From Histomonas meleagridis 2922-C6/04-290x (lineage: Eukaryota; Protista; Parabasalia): a stretch of 64,000 bases of DNA. Position 1 is the first letter of the stretch; each line of letters opens with the position of its first letter. The position numbers and the translations under genes were made by a program. The notes under the pieces were generated by a model. The model was not told the DNA's origin. It did no database searches and saw nothing but the letters and a program-made list of their open reading frames with translations. This document shows positions 13,241 through 28,300 of the stretch, piece after piece. The stretch is taken from contig JAANOX010000275.1 of NCBI GenBank assembly GCA_020184695.1, positions 1 through 64,000 on the forward strand. Reading direction: 5' to 3'.

Positions 13241-13271
13241 TATACATAAGATTATTTAATAACCAACAACA

Positions 13272-16787
<3,516 letters not shown>

Positions 16788-16860
16788 TTGACAAAATTAG
16801 TTTTAATTATTATATTTATAAAAATAAGTAGGGTAAAATTAAGATTTTTTATTTCCTAAT

Positions 16861-16986
16861 TGAAGTGGACAGAAATTTCCGGCTAATGGACAATTTTTTA
16901 GGCTCGCGGCCGTTTACTATAAACAACGGTTATTTTTTGTACAGAAATTTCCGGCCGATGGACAGATTTTCGTGTACGGTACTGTA
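16861..16986 (-). mobile_element. Solo end of a Tc1/pogo-like DNA transposon
   Basis: Minus strand starts TA|CAGTACCGTACACG; two internal copies of ACAGAAATTTCCGGC..ATGGACA. No partner end found in the window. Confidence 0.45.
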
Positions 16987-18074
16987 AACAAGTTTTCATA
17001 TAAATTGTTTTCCAATTGATTTTGAATTCCGAATAAATTTTTATCTTACGTTGCCACTTTTCTCTTTTAGTATTTTAACTATTTCTGTACTTACTTTACT
17101 TAAATAATTACCAAACATTTTGATGATATTTGGATTATTGTTATTAATTTCTTCTTTTCTTATTTGTATATTTTCTAAATATTTTAAATAAATATAATTT
17201 AATTCTTTTTTTTAAGAAAATGCATTTAATACTAAAGTACAAATAATCATATTATATGTTTGTGGATATTTTATATCAAATAACTTCATCGTTTGCGCAA
17301 CTGACATTTCAAAATTATCTTGTGTTAAATTAAATATTATTCGCTTAAGTTTGTTAAGTGTTTTGATTTTGCTGTTTCTATGATGTCTTTGTTTTTGATG
17401 TAGTCCTGCTTAACATAAATTTTTTGCCACTTTTTTCCTTTATTTTTTTAATTGCCCTTGATTTAAAGTAATCGTTTGTAAGAACACATAGAGACCGTTT
17501 GTTAACTCTTTGAATAAAAAAATGCTTCCTTATATGATTCATGTTTATCTAAAATATGAGAGCTAAGATATTCCTCATACAAAAAAATTATAAAATATAG
17601 GAATTGTTAAAGATAAAACAAGCTATAAATAAAAATCCTTGATTCCAATTTATCAAAAAATTTTCAAACAATTACGAATGGAGCTTTACTTTAATATTGA
17701 ATTTTAGAGCAATCTCCATTTTATGATAAAAATAATATCACAAATATATAAAACATAAATCCCCTGATCAAAACATCAATTAAATTTTATAAAAAATAAA
17801 TAAATTAAAACAATAATAATTTCGACAAATTTCTGAATTGAACTACATTTCTTTATATATATACCATATGTATACTAGCTAAATTAATACTCAGTAAATG
17901 AGAGCACAAAAATATTCCAAAGCTCAAAAAAGTAATTTGAAAGAAATAGAAAAAAGTGACAGTGGCTTGAATTGTTAAACCATAAAAATTGATCATCATT
18001 TACATTAATGTAAACAATTCAAATACTTGTCGACCGTTATTTTCAAAGGAGCTCAAAGAAAGTTCAACAATTTA

Positions 18075-21000
18075 ATGACTTTTTCCAGAGGAGAACTATT
18101 TTCTGGAATTTTATCTTTGCAAAACAAACTAACAGTTGAAGATGAATCAGATTCTTTGATAAAAGCATTAAGTGAAATTCAATTTCCAAAATTTTCATCA
18201 GAACAACTTCAAAAATTAAGTGAAGCCCTTAATGGCAATTATGCGGTTTCTTCATGTTTATGTAGATACGGATATTATTTTCCCTTTTATATAAAATTGT
18301 TAAAGGAAATTAATTCATATCAACCAAAAACCCCCAACAACAGTGAATTCATTTCAACATTCATCTTAAAATCAGTTGTTGAGTGGTTAAAATATTTTGA
18401 AATTACACTTGACGATTCAGACATTTTATTAATTTTTGAGTTACTCCTTGATCATTGCAAAGACAAAAACGGATATCGGATGTTTGCCTATGTTTTTTCC
18501 TATTTTTTTGAGGTTCTTCCTTATGACATCAAAAATACACATTTGGGATTAGTTGTTACTTTTTTTAGCGTACCACAAGAATACAATTCTTATTCTGCAT
18601 ACTTACTTACTTCCTTTATATCCTTAATCTCCAAACCAGAGTTCACAAATACTATTATTGAAATTATCATTATTATTTGTCAAATGAATCCACATTTTCT
18701 TGGTGTTGATTTCACTAATCTCATTGTAGCAACATTTGCATTCTCTGATTTTGGTCATAAACCAAATTCCATTAAATGCTTTTCACAGATTGTTTCATGT
18801 AGTTCTAATGAAGTCCGCAAAGTTATAGCAAAAACAATTCCTAGTTATTTTATAAAGTTAATAGATCAATGCAAACCTTTAGATTGGCCACAATTAAATG
18901 AATATGAAAAAGCATTTGAACTTGAAGATTATGGATCTGATTCATCTTTTATTTTTCATGATGAGGAAACATTTGAACATGATTTTGTACCAGTATTAGT
19001 TAATACTGAAGACAATAACGCTGATATTATGCAATATTGTTCAAGTACCATTACGAATGTAATTGATCTTGTTATCACATCATACAAAAGCATCAAAGAA
19101 TTCAATTTTGTTATTTTCAATGAATTTTTTGATAACATTATTTCCAAAAGTGACAACGATCATATTGGTTCATATTTTTGTTATTTAGTTTATTATTATT
19201 CTAGAATTTTAAAAGATGATGAAAAACATGAGTCAAGTATGCGACTTTTGAAATCGTCATTATTTTGTCAAAATATCACTGAGTTTAATTGTAAAGATAA
19301 AAAGCAATATGAAGTTATGAAGAATTTACGATCATTTGTAATATTAATGATATTATATGAGCCATCATTTGTCTTTATATCAATGATTAATCATTTTATT
19401 AAATATCCATTAATAATGGCTGAAATATTTTATCATTTACAAATAGGAGTTGATTCATTTATATCATTAGTTTCAATAGATTTAAATGTGATGAAATTAT
19501 TTCATAAAGTTTTATCGTTTTATAGAACATCACATTTTCATAATAAAACAAGAAAACATGAAATCGAATGTTCACGAATATCACAGTTTTCACTTATAGA
19601 TGTAATATTAAAACGGAATTCGGAATATTTCATGACAAATGATTTATTTTTACTTACTTTTTTAATCTTTTTATTTGAGGATAAATTATTTTCATTTACG
19701 TTTGGACATATTCAAGAATTTTTTAAGGCGAAACCATTAAAATGTTCGAATATAATTTCATCGTTTTCATTTATTATTAGTTCTATATTTCCATTAATAA
19801 ATGAAAGTGATCGTTATAAAGATTTAATCATAAAATTTATTGATTTAGTTTCGAATGTTGAAATACATTATGATTCATTAACTAATTGTTTAGATGATTT
19901 TCATGATTCTATTTTAAACATGACAAAACAATTTAGTGATTTTAAACAAAGTGAAGAAATATTAATATACTTTTTAAAATGTTTTACAAAAGGTACATAT
20001 AAATGTCAATTTGCAAATGAAAATGGACAAATTTTAGTTAATTCTATACAAAAGTTTTATGGGAATAATCCTCCATATTTAATCTATCAAATATTATTAC
20101 AAATATTTATCGGTAAACCAGAAATATCTCAAGCGCCGACATTTATTATCCAAAACAAAAGTATTTTACCTTTAATGTTTCAAATATATTTAGAATCAGA
20201 ATATATATTTAATTTAATTGATTTCCTTATAAAACTTTGTGATTTTTCAAATGAGAATTGTATACAATGTAATAAGAATAAAATCGATTTATTAATATTA
20301 CAAATGATTAAACAAATTAATGAATCAGAAAATTTAGAAACAGAAAAAATTAATCAATTATTAGCATTGTTTAAGAAAATTGCTTTAATATCTTCATCAC
20401 CGACAGTAGTTAAACAATATATTTCTTTATTAGCACCTTTAAAAAATGATGTTTTATCAAGATATGAAATGACGTTCTTACAAATATTATATGATTTAAT
20501 AGCAAATGAATATTGGAAAAGAACAAAATTCTTAAAATTAAATGATACGCATGAAATTGAAGTAACTTTAAATAATTCTGTTGATATGGAAAAGTTTTCG
20601 ATATTATTTTGGATTTTTATTCATGATATTGAAGAAAATAATGAACAAAAAATTTGTAAATTTATTTGTGAACAAATTAATTTCGAAGTAATTATTGAAG
20701 AAAATAAATTAATAATTTTTATACAAGATCAATGTGTTGAAATTAATGATTTTAAGATATATAAAGAAATTTGGAATTTAATGTCATTCTCTTTTAGATT
20801 AAATAAATTAAATAATTCGACAAATTTAATTGTACGAATTAGAAATAGTGAATTTGTATGTAATTTTAGAACTTCAATAAGTATAACAGATTCGAAACTT
20901 ATAATATTTAATGGCGATGTATTAAATGATTTATGTGATGTCGAAATTGGCGTATTTTGGATAATACCAATTGTCTCTTTTCAAGATTTTAAGATGATTT

Positions 21001-24000
21001 CACATAAGAATTTAATTCCTGGTAATAGAAATAGTTCAAAAGATACATTAACTAAATCATTTTCATATAATTTAATAAAGATTTGGAACTTTGATTTAAT
21101 AATTCCATTATTCACATTACAAAATGAACATAAAATATGGAAACAAGCTCCAAACATAGCACTTTCTATATTAACTAAAGCAATATCATATGATTTAAAG
21201 ATCCAAAAATCATTTGCAGCATCGAATCATATATTAATTATTAGTAATTTATTACATACATATGAAAGTTCAATGATTACATATCATTTATATTTACGAT
21301 ATGATTCATTATTTAAAATGATCACGTCATATGAATTAAAAGTCCAAATATTTAAAGAGATATTAGTTAACATTGGAATATGGATATATTCTAATGATTT
21401 TACATTAATTGTTAAACATTGGAATTCTGATTTATTCGAATATCATTATTCACAATTTAAAAAAGTATTTCCATTTTCCGAGATGTTAACATTATTTTAT
21501 ACATATAATAATGATGAACGATTTCATAAGATCTTTGAACAAGAAGAAATCCAAGGGAAAATCCGATTAATATTATTACGAATGGCACGCGAATCATTTA
21601 CTAAGAACGATTATTATTTAATTATTAATTTTATTTCGGTATCTACAAATGAGAAAACAGTTGATTTTATGATCTTTTTATTAAATTTAATTGTCCATGA
21701 AATACCAAATAATTTACGATTTTTAACTCAAAAAGATATTTCTTTATTACATGATCAAACGTTAATACATTCCGAAGAATATTATAAAAATTTAATAATA
21801 ACAATCATCGAAATACATCGAAAAAACATTTTGGATAACTCATTACTATCGATACATATTTTAGAGATATTAGATATGATTCATCCGATTACTATGTCGA
21901 GATCTTTTGTTAATGAATTATTAAATATGATGAATTATGGAAATCCGGAATTATTAAATTTGGTTTGTTGGATAGGTGTTAATCATGATGAAAATACTGA
22001 AGCAATATGTCAAATATTAAAAGAAAGTACTTTAAATTATAAAGTTCATTCTCTTTGGTATTTTTGGTTAATCATTTTAATTACTCAAAAATGTCAAAAC
22101 ATACAAATCATTTTAATGAAGTTTATTATTAATCAAGTTCAAGATTCATATAAAGAAATGGCATCCAAAATCGATATAATATGTGAATTCCTCGGTATAA
22201 ATTCGGAACCAATTTTATCTTCTTATTTTACTTTAATATGTTCGAATGTTAAAGCCGCTGGAATTACTAAAATAGATCAATTGATCTTGGAATGTCTAAA
22301 ATTCATATTTTTTAGACCTAACCATCAAATAAATAAAGTGTTAAAAGAAGATTTCGAAAATTCGGTTTTTTGTACAAATAAAAAAATTAAAAAAAATAAA
22401 TCAGAAAAACCGAAAATAAACGACTTTTCAAATAGCACTCAAATATTTGAGAAGTTTATGAAGTTTACGCCGAGAAGAAAAGAAAAACGTTATTTCGGGT
22501 TACAAATATGTAAAGATCCTATTACAGGTAATATATCATGGACAGATAAAGGGTTATCAATGTATTGTATCCAATTAATTATGAAATATTCATTAGAAAA
22601 ATATTATAAAATTGGGTTATTTATGTGTGAATTATTAAATATACCAAATGAAATAATGAAAGATGTTGAATTAGGATCATTAGAAAGTTTTATAATTATT
22701 ACAAAAGCATGTGAATCAAATGAAATTAGAAGTAGTTATCGATTAAAAAATACTTATAAAGATATTTGTAAATCAATTTCAACAATTTTTGATTTCTCAA
22801 AAGGTAATTCGAAAGATATAAATATTAAAACAATCAAAAAACAACTTCAAGTTTCAATAAATTATAAATCACAAGAAAAATCAGTTATTTTATGGTTCAA
22901 GCTTTGGAATAATTTATCATTACCTAAAGCTCCATGGTATCAAGAAACAAATCAAAACAAAAAAACATTAAATTATAAACGTGATCAATGTTATTGTTAT
23001 TGTTTTTCACCATTTAAACTTCGTGTCAAACAAACAACGAAAATAGCAGACACACAATTCATTAGCGATTCCACAAATAATAATTCGAATTTAACTTATG
23101 ACGTAAAAGTTATAAAAGTTAATGGATCGAAACCTCAAAAATTTGTTTTTCAAAAAAATCAAATTGAACTTGTTAATAACCAACAAATCAAAACAATCGA
23201 ATTTAAATCAATTCGTTATATATTTTTACGTAAAAGCACTTCAATTGAATTATATTTAAATAATGGGAAAACATTTTTAATTGATTTTTCGAAAGAAAAT
23301 TCATGTAATAATGTGATGATTAAACTTTCACATTTTTGTAATAATACATTAGAAAATGTCCAAAGTTTATCAAACATTGGATTCTTCCAAAATTCATTGT
23401 ATTCTTGTGATTGGTTACGCGGAAGGATTTCGAACTTTAAATATTTAATGATGTTAAACATTATTAGTGGTCGAACTTATAATGACATAAAACAATATCC
23501 AATATTCCCATTAATAATCAAAGACTTTACTTCTGACAAATTAAATTTAGATAATCCAAATGTTTTTAGAGATATAACAAAACCGATTAATGATAAACCT
23601 TTAGAGTTATCAAATGAAAACGCTGTTTGTTTCTTCTTGTCGCATTTGGAACCTTTTAAAAATATGAACAAAAATGGTTTAATATTCGATAGTATAATCG
23701 AAATTTATAGTGTTTGCGTGGATATAAATGGCTGGGAATTAGTTCCTGAGTTTTATTTCCAACCTGAAATTGTTAAAAACGTGAATTTGCCAAAATGGGC
23801 AAATAATGAAATCGATTTCATTTATTTAAATAGAAAAGCTCTTGAATCAGATTACGTTTCAAAGTATTTAAACGAATGGATTGATATGATTTGGGGTTAT
23901 AAACAAAAAGATAAAAATTTATGGAAATCTCATTCCAATTTACCAATGCAATTATTTAAAGAACCTCATAAACAAAAATCTGAAAAAGAACAAAATGTAA

Positions 24001-24929
24001 AGAATTCAAAACCGAGTGAAATTCCACTTCTTCAATCGGAGGGAGACGTTAAAATCGGAACTTTCGTCGACCACTTAAGCAAACAAATTTCTGTGTACGC
24101 TTTGACGGTTAATTCTGAGTTCTTGTTGACAACGATCGAAAATTCGGCAATTAAATCAACACAATTAAAGAAAATATCATTACCATTTGATCAAGAAGAT
24201 GTAACTTTGATCTCAAGTGGAACTAAAATCCTTGCGTATTGTGAAAAATCTGAAAATTCTAAAATTTATGTATTTGATGTATTAACACAAAAATTCGAAG
24301 AAAATACAATACAAAATGCTCACATCTCTGACATATCTTTATCCAGTGATGGTTATGTGTCAATCATTGTTAATGAAATTAAAGCAATTGTATTTGAAAT
24401 TAATTTAATTAATATATATTTCTCATTATGTTTCTACCGTGACGTAACAACATGTGGTTATGCATCTCGGACCTTCAATGCATTTGTTAGTGGAACTAAA
24501 GATGGCGCATTAATAATAAGTTCAATCACATCTGGCGAAATCACTCATGTAATTGAGTTAAATGGAGATATTCCAAAGAAAGTTATTGTAACGCCGTCTT
24601 GGGGCTTCATAGTTGTTTTTGTCCGGAAAAATAAAACAAATTCCATGCGATTATTTACCATCAACGGAATCGAAATCGGAAGTTCACGCACAGATTCACA
24701 AGTGATAGAAGTGATCACGTGGACGTCAAACAAAGGATTTGATTATGTTTCGTACATTACAAAGAGCAAACAACTCTTTGCATTTGAAGCATATTTCCAT
24801 GTTCCAAATTGCATTCCTTGTCAATTGGTTCTTCCGATTAAAGGTTTTACGTACTTATATGATAGCCGAAAAATAGCTGTCATTAACGCTGATGGGAAAA
24901 TGTTATTGATACCATATACGTGTAAATAA
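18075..24929 (+). CDS. Beige/BEACH domain protein (PH-BEACH-WD40)
   Basis: About 2,285-aa ORF from first ATG 18075; BEACH motifs WLRGRISNFKYLMMLNIISGRTYNDIKQYPIFP, ELVPEFY, LPKWA, EWIDMIWGYKQ; C-terminal WD repeats. Confidence 0.92.
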   Translation: MTFSRGELFSGILSLQNKLTVEDESDSLIKALSEIQFPKFSSEQLQKLSEALNGNYAVSSCLCRYGYYFPFYIKLLKEINSYQPKTPNNSEFISTFILKSVVEWLKYFEITLDDSDILLIFELLLDHCKDKNGYRMFAYVFSYFFEVLPYDIKNTHLGLVVTFFSVPQEYNSYSAYLLTSFISLISKPEFTNTIIEIIIIICQMNPHFLGVDFTNLIVATFAFSDFGHKPNSIKCFSQIVSCSSNEVRKVIAKTIPSYFIKLIDQCKPLDWPQLNEYEKAFELEDYGSDSSFIFHDEETFEHDFVPVLVNTEDNNADIMQYCSSTITNVIDLVITSYKSIKEFNFVIFNEFFDNIISKSDNDHIGSYFCYLVYYYSRILKDDEKHESSMRLLKSSLFCQNITEFNCKDKKQYEVMKNLRSFVILMILYEPSFVFISMINHFIKYPLIMAEIFYHLQIGVDSFISLVSIDLNVMKLFHKVLSFYRTSHFHNKTRKHEIECSRISQFSLIDVILKRNSEYFMTNDLFLLTFLIFLFEDKLFSFTFGHIQEFFKAKPLKCSNIISSFSFIISSIFPLINESDRYKDLIIKFIDLVSNVEIHYDSLTNCLDDFHDSILNMTKQFSDFKQSEEILIYFLKCFTKGTYKCQFANENGQILVNSIQKFYGNNPPYLIYQILLQIFIGKPEISQAPTFIIQNKSILPLMFQIYLESEYIFNLIDFLIKLCDFSNENCIQCNKNKIDLLILQMIKQINESENLETEKINQLLALFKKIALISSSPTVVKQYISLLAPLKNDVLSRYEMTFLQILYDLIANEYWKRTKFLKLNDTHEIEVTLNNSVDMEKFSILFWIFIHDIEENNEQKICKFICEQINFEVIIEENKLIIFIQDQCVEINDFKIYKEIWNLMSFSFRLNKLNNSTNLIVRIRNSEFVCNFRTSISITDSKLIIFNGDVLNDLCDVEIGVFWIIPIVSFQDFKMISHKNLIPGNRNSSKDTLTKSFSYNLIKIWNFDLIIPLFTLQNEHKIWKQAPNIALSILTKAISYDLKIQKSFAASNHILIISNLLHTYESSMITYHLYLRYDSLFKMITSYELKVQIFKEILVNIGIWIYSNDFTLIVKHWNSDLFEYHYSQFKKVFPFSEMLTLFYTYNNDERFHKIFEQEEIQGKIRLILLRMARESFTKNDYYLIINFISVSTNEKTVDFMIFLLNLIVHEIPNNLRFLTQKDISLLHDQTLIHSEEYYKNLIITIIEIHRKNILDNSLLSIHILEILDMIHPITMSRSFVNELLNMMNYGNPELLNLVCWIGVNHDENTEAICQILKESTLNYKVHSLWYFWLIILITQKCQNIQIILMKFIINQVQDSYKEMASKIDIICEFLGINSEPILSSYFTLICSNVKAAGITKIDQLILECLKFIFFRPNHQINKVLKEDFENSVFCTNKKIKKNKSEKPKINDFSNSTQIFEKFMKFTPRRKEKRYFGLQICKDPITGNISWTDKGLSMYCIQLIMKYSLEKYYKIGLFMCELLNIPNEIMKDVELGSLESFIIITKACESNEIRSSYRLKNTYKDICKSISTIFDFSKGNSKDINIKTIKKQLQVSINYKSQEKSVILWFKLWNNLSLPKAPWYQETNQNKKTLNYKRDQCYCYCFSPFKLRVKQTTKIADTQFISDSTNNNSNLTYDVKVIKVNGSKPQKFVFQKNQIELVNNQQIKTIEFKSIRYIFLRKSTSIELYLNNGKTFLIDFSKENSCNNVMIKLSHFCNNTLENVQSLSNIGFFQNSLYSCDWLRGRISNFKYLMMLNIISGRTYNDIKQYPIFPLIIKDFTSDKLNLDNPNVFRDITKPINDKPLELSNENAVCFFLSHLEPFKNMNKNGLIFDSIIEIYSVCVDINGWELVPEFYFQPEIVKNVNLPKWANNEIDFIYLNRKALESDYVSKYLNEWIDMIWGYKQKDKNLWKSHSNLPMQLFKEPHKQKSEKEQNVKNSKPSEIPLLQSEGDVKIGTFVDHLSKQISVYALTVNSEFLLTTIENSAIKSTQLKKISLPFDQEDVTLISSGTKILAYCEKSENSKIYVFDVLTQKFEENTIQNAHISDISLSSDGYVSIIVNEIKAIVFEINLINIYFSLCFYRDVTTCGYASRTFNAFVSGTKDGALIISSITSGEITHVIELNGDIPKKVIVTPSWGFIVVFVRKNKTNSMRLFTINGIEIGSSRTDSQVIEVITWTSNKGFDYVSYITKSKQLFAFEAYFHVPNCIPCQLVLPIKGFTYLYDSRKIAVINADGKMLLIPYTCK

Positions 24930-25291
24930 ATGTTTTGTTTCGTTTTTTTTGTTTTGTTATTAAAAATTGTCTTAGTTCATTCTTTAAAAATAATATATAT
25001 TCAATATTAATAAATTATTAATTTACTTGATTTGAATTTTTGATTTTTTATGAATATCTCTTTCAAAATCATAATGGCATTATGCTAAAATCATTGAGAT
25101 TCCTAAAAGAATGTATTAGGATTGGATTATAGAATTTTTTTTCATTTTTTGGAGGGAAGGTTATAGCTATTGAAATTTTGAATACGTTCGAATTTAATAT
25201 TTTCAAAAATCTGCTTTTAGTGTTCAAGAATGCGGTTGTTCATTCAATTCACAATCTGTAGCCCCTCAATTCAATGGGGGAAGGTTAGAAT

Positions 25292-25297
25292 TCATTT
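25292..25297 (+). promoter_or_regulatory. Parabasalid initiator (Inr)-like element
   Basis: TCATTT shortly upstream of ATG 25305, consistent with the trichomonad Inr TCA+1(Py). Confidence 0.45.
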
Positions 25298-25304
25298 TTG
25301 GAAG

Positions 25305-27233
25305 ATGTTAATCCTTCTGCTCTACCTTATCCAAGCAGAAGACATTATTAACCTAACGGTTGAATACGATGGAACAAGAGTAAAATTGGATTGGACTGGA
25401 TTTCATGAATATCAAAATATTTTCTACACAGTTTATTCATCAAAGGATAACGGCGTAAATTGGAACCCTGTAAGCTCATTCGATTACAATACAACCCAAA
25501 GTGTTACGGTCCTTAATGTTTATCCTGTTACTAAGGAAGATGACTTTGGAATTGATAAAGTTACATTCAATTTTATAAACCCAGATACAAAAGCATTTAC
25601 CACAGAACGATCTGCAGCTTTGAAGGTGTGGATGGAAGGAGGTTATTATATTTATGGTGATAAAAATTATTCATTTGAACCTTATGGACTAAATCCTTAC
25701 ACAGGTAAACAAATTATCAACGTCATTCCATGCACTACAGATGAATTCAATAAGAAAACTTTAGAAGAAATGAAACAAAATGATGTTATTGTATTTGGCA
25801 CATGGGATGCTAATGGTGAAGAATACATAAGTGATGAAGCAGTTGATCGTGTTTCAGAATATCTTGATCTTGGTTATGGTGTTCTCATTGGTCATGATGT
25901 AATTGGATCTGAATTTGGTAACAGTTATGGCCTTGGTAAAATTGCTCATAGGTTTGGTATAGTTTTGGGTACAGCTGACCAGTGCGTGAATTTCCCTGTC
26001 TGTTCTCCTGGTACAATTAATGCAAAATGGCGCCATTGGTCACGAGAAGTGATAGTCAACAAGACGGGTCTTCTTACACAATTTCCGCATGAGATTAACC
26101 AATCCAACCTTTTAAATATTCCTTTGACTCATACTTGTGAAAATGCAGCATTTGGCGATGTCTGGATGACACTTGGTACAACAAACCCAGAGGATGTTGA
26201 TGGTTATACTGGTGATTTTGGGCCAGCTGAAAGCTATACGATGAATCTTACTGGCTATGCAGAACCTCGACATGGCAATCCGCATTTTTATCTGACGACA
26301 TATATGAACTCTGCTATGATTCAAACTGGCCATAGTAATGCGGAATCGACAGATGATGAACGGAAAGTTTTAGCGAATACGATTTATTACTTATACCAAC
26401 GCACATCAAATCATTTTTCATATGACAATTCAATCGAAGATACGTTAGCACCGTTAACACCAAACATCACAATAACTGATCTAAACAAAAGAATCATAAA
26501 CATTAGCTCAGAAGATCCAATCGAAACAACACTTTATAAAGTTGTTGGCGTTACTTATGATGGAATTAATACATACAATTCCGAAAATGTAATATTTAAT
26601 TTACCAACAGGAATTAAAGAATATTATTATATTATTGATGAAAACGCAAACACTCAAATCACACTTGAAATGTCAGACATCGTCAATAAGACAACGAATG
26701 GTATTGTCGAAAATATCGAAAACAAAGATTTATACATCCATGCAGCAGCAATTGATCTTTCAGGTAAAATCAGTGAAACTGCGCATTTGATGATGCCAAT
26801 GCACACACAATCGAACACATATTCACAAACGAATACATATTCACAGTCGAATACATATTCACAGTCGAATACGTATACACAAACGAATACATATTCACAA
26901 TCGAATACGTATACGCAATCGAATATATTCACAAATGGAAATATAACATTTTATACAAATACGAATAATAACGAAGGTTTAAGTGACTCAGCAAAATATG
27001 GAATCATTGGAGGCGTGGTGGCTGTTGTTGTCATAGCTGTCATTATCGTGGTACTGTTAACTTATGTCATGAAAAGAAAAAGGAATCAGCACGAGCTGTT
27101 GCCTCAAAATCCAGAAGACATGAAGTCGAATGATGCGACAGTGGAATTTGATAACCCATTATTCGGTAATAGCAGAGACGACCCATTTGGAGATGAGTTT
27201 GATGAAGAAAAACAAAAAGAAATTGTTATTTGA
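25305..27233 (+). CDS. Type I surface membrane protein with a bacterial-like extracellular domain
   Basis: Signal-like start MLILLLYLIQA, FN3-like segment, Rossmann-like domain (DVIVFGTWDANG, YGVLIGHD), S/T-rich stalk, TM helix GIIGGVVAVVVIAVIIVVLLTYVM and tail motif FDNPLF. Confidence 0.85.
   Translation: MLILLLYLIQAEDIINLTVEYDGTRVKLDWTGFHEYQNIFYTVYSSKDNGVNWNPVSSFDYNTTQSVTVLNVYPVTKEDDFGIDKVTFNFINPDTKAFTTERSAALKVWMEGGYYIYGDKNYSFEPYGLNPYTGKQIINVIPCTTDEFNKKTLEEMKQNDVIVFGTWDANGEEYISDEAVDRVSEYLDLGYGVLIGHDVIGSEFGNSYGLGKIAHRFGIVLGTADQCVNFPVCSPGTINAKWRHWSREVIVNKTGLLTQFPHEINQSNLLNIPLTHTCENAAFGDVWMTLGTTNPEDVDGYTGDFGPAESYTMNLTGYAEPRHGNPHFYLTTYMNSAMIQTGHSNAESTDDERKVLANTIYYLYQRTSNHFSYDNSIEDTLAPLTPNITITDLNKRIINISSEDPIETTLYKVVGVTYDGINTYNSENVIFNLPTGIKEYYYIIDENANTQITLEMSDIVNKTTNGIVENIENKDLYIHAAAIDLSGKISETAHLMMPMHTQSNTYSQTNTYSQSNTYSQSNTYTQTNTYSQSNTYTQSNIFTNGNITFYTNTNNNEGLSDSAKYGIIGGVVAVVVIAVIIVVLLTYVMKRKRNQHELLPQNPEDMKSNDATVEFDNPLFGNSRDDPFGDEFDEEKQKEIVI
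26806..26930 (+). repeat. 18-nt coding tandem repeat (Q-S/T-N-T-Y-S/T), about 7 copies
   Basis: CAATCGAACACATATTCA-like units within the stalk of the surface protein. Confidence 0.9.
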
Positions 27234-27339
27234 AAATTTTCAAGTAAAATTATTTTAAATATTTGTTTGATTATGAATGAGAACTTAAATAATTGGTTGA
27301 GTTTACTGATAGTTTGAAGTTGCTTGAACAAAAAGGAAT

Positions 27340-27990
27340 TGATTTAATGTATGGTACAACATAGTGATGAAGGACCAAGTAATAGTACTCCACTTTTAGA
27401 ATCTATGCGTTTCGGGCGTGATGAAATCTGCACCAAGAAGGAATTGACGTAAATGTAAAAGTTGGTAAAGTGGGTGCCATGATACTCGTCATCTTAACTG
27501 GAATCCACTTATGTTTGCAATTGATTATAATTTAATGGAAATTACCTATTAAATCACAAAGACATTGATCTTAATGCCAATGAAAAATATATGACATTAT
27601 TATATTGTGCATATAAAAATGGTGCCGAAAAAATTGTTGAATTACCCCATGAACAAGAAAAGATTGAGGTAAATATAATATATATATAAAATCTGAAGGT
27701 AATGAACATTATTATCGTGAAAAGAAATCAAAAATGCCAATGCTTCATATCGCTGTTGAAAACAGTGAAATAGAATTTACTTCTAAAACATAAAGAAATC
27801 GATGTGAATGCCACAGTAGAAGAAGAAGTAAAACAGGGAATTTATGGGTATTTAGGTGCTATAGAAACAATTGAAGAGTCAATGGAAAAAGAAAAATGGT
27901 AGAAGAGGAAAGTGAAACAGAACAATTAGAAAAGTCATTACTATGAAATTGCTGAATTAATTAAAAATCATATGAACACAGACGATAATC
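27340..27990 (+). pseudogene. Degenerate ankyrin-repeat gene relic without spacers
   Basis: Fragments QEGIDVNVK, NWNPLMFAID, YLLNHKDIDLNANEKYMTLLYCAYKNGAEKIVEL, MLHIAVENSEI..LLLKHKEIDVNA, with stops and frameshifts. Confidence 0.75.
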
Positions 27991-28300
27991 AGCACAGGAG
28001 CATTGGGAAAATTCCATAAATTATTCTCAATATTTATAAAAAATTAAGTATGTTCCATTATTGTGGAAAATATATAATAAGCTGAAGAAAAAATTTAGTA
28101 AAATTGAATTTTAATTAAAATACATTTTTCTTTACATTCATTTAAAACATGTTATCTCCACAAAAAGTCCATCGAAATTTCTGGATTTCAGGAGATCTCC
28201 TGCAATGAAATATCAAAATATCAGATGGGATATGAAGAATAAAACTTAAATATATGATGATTTTGCATAATATAAACTCCTAACGTATTTTTCATGTAAC

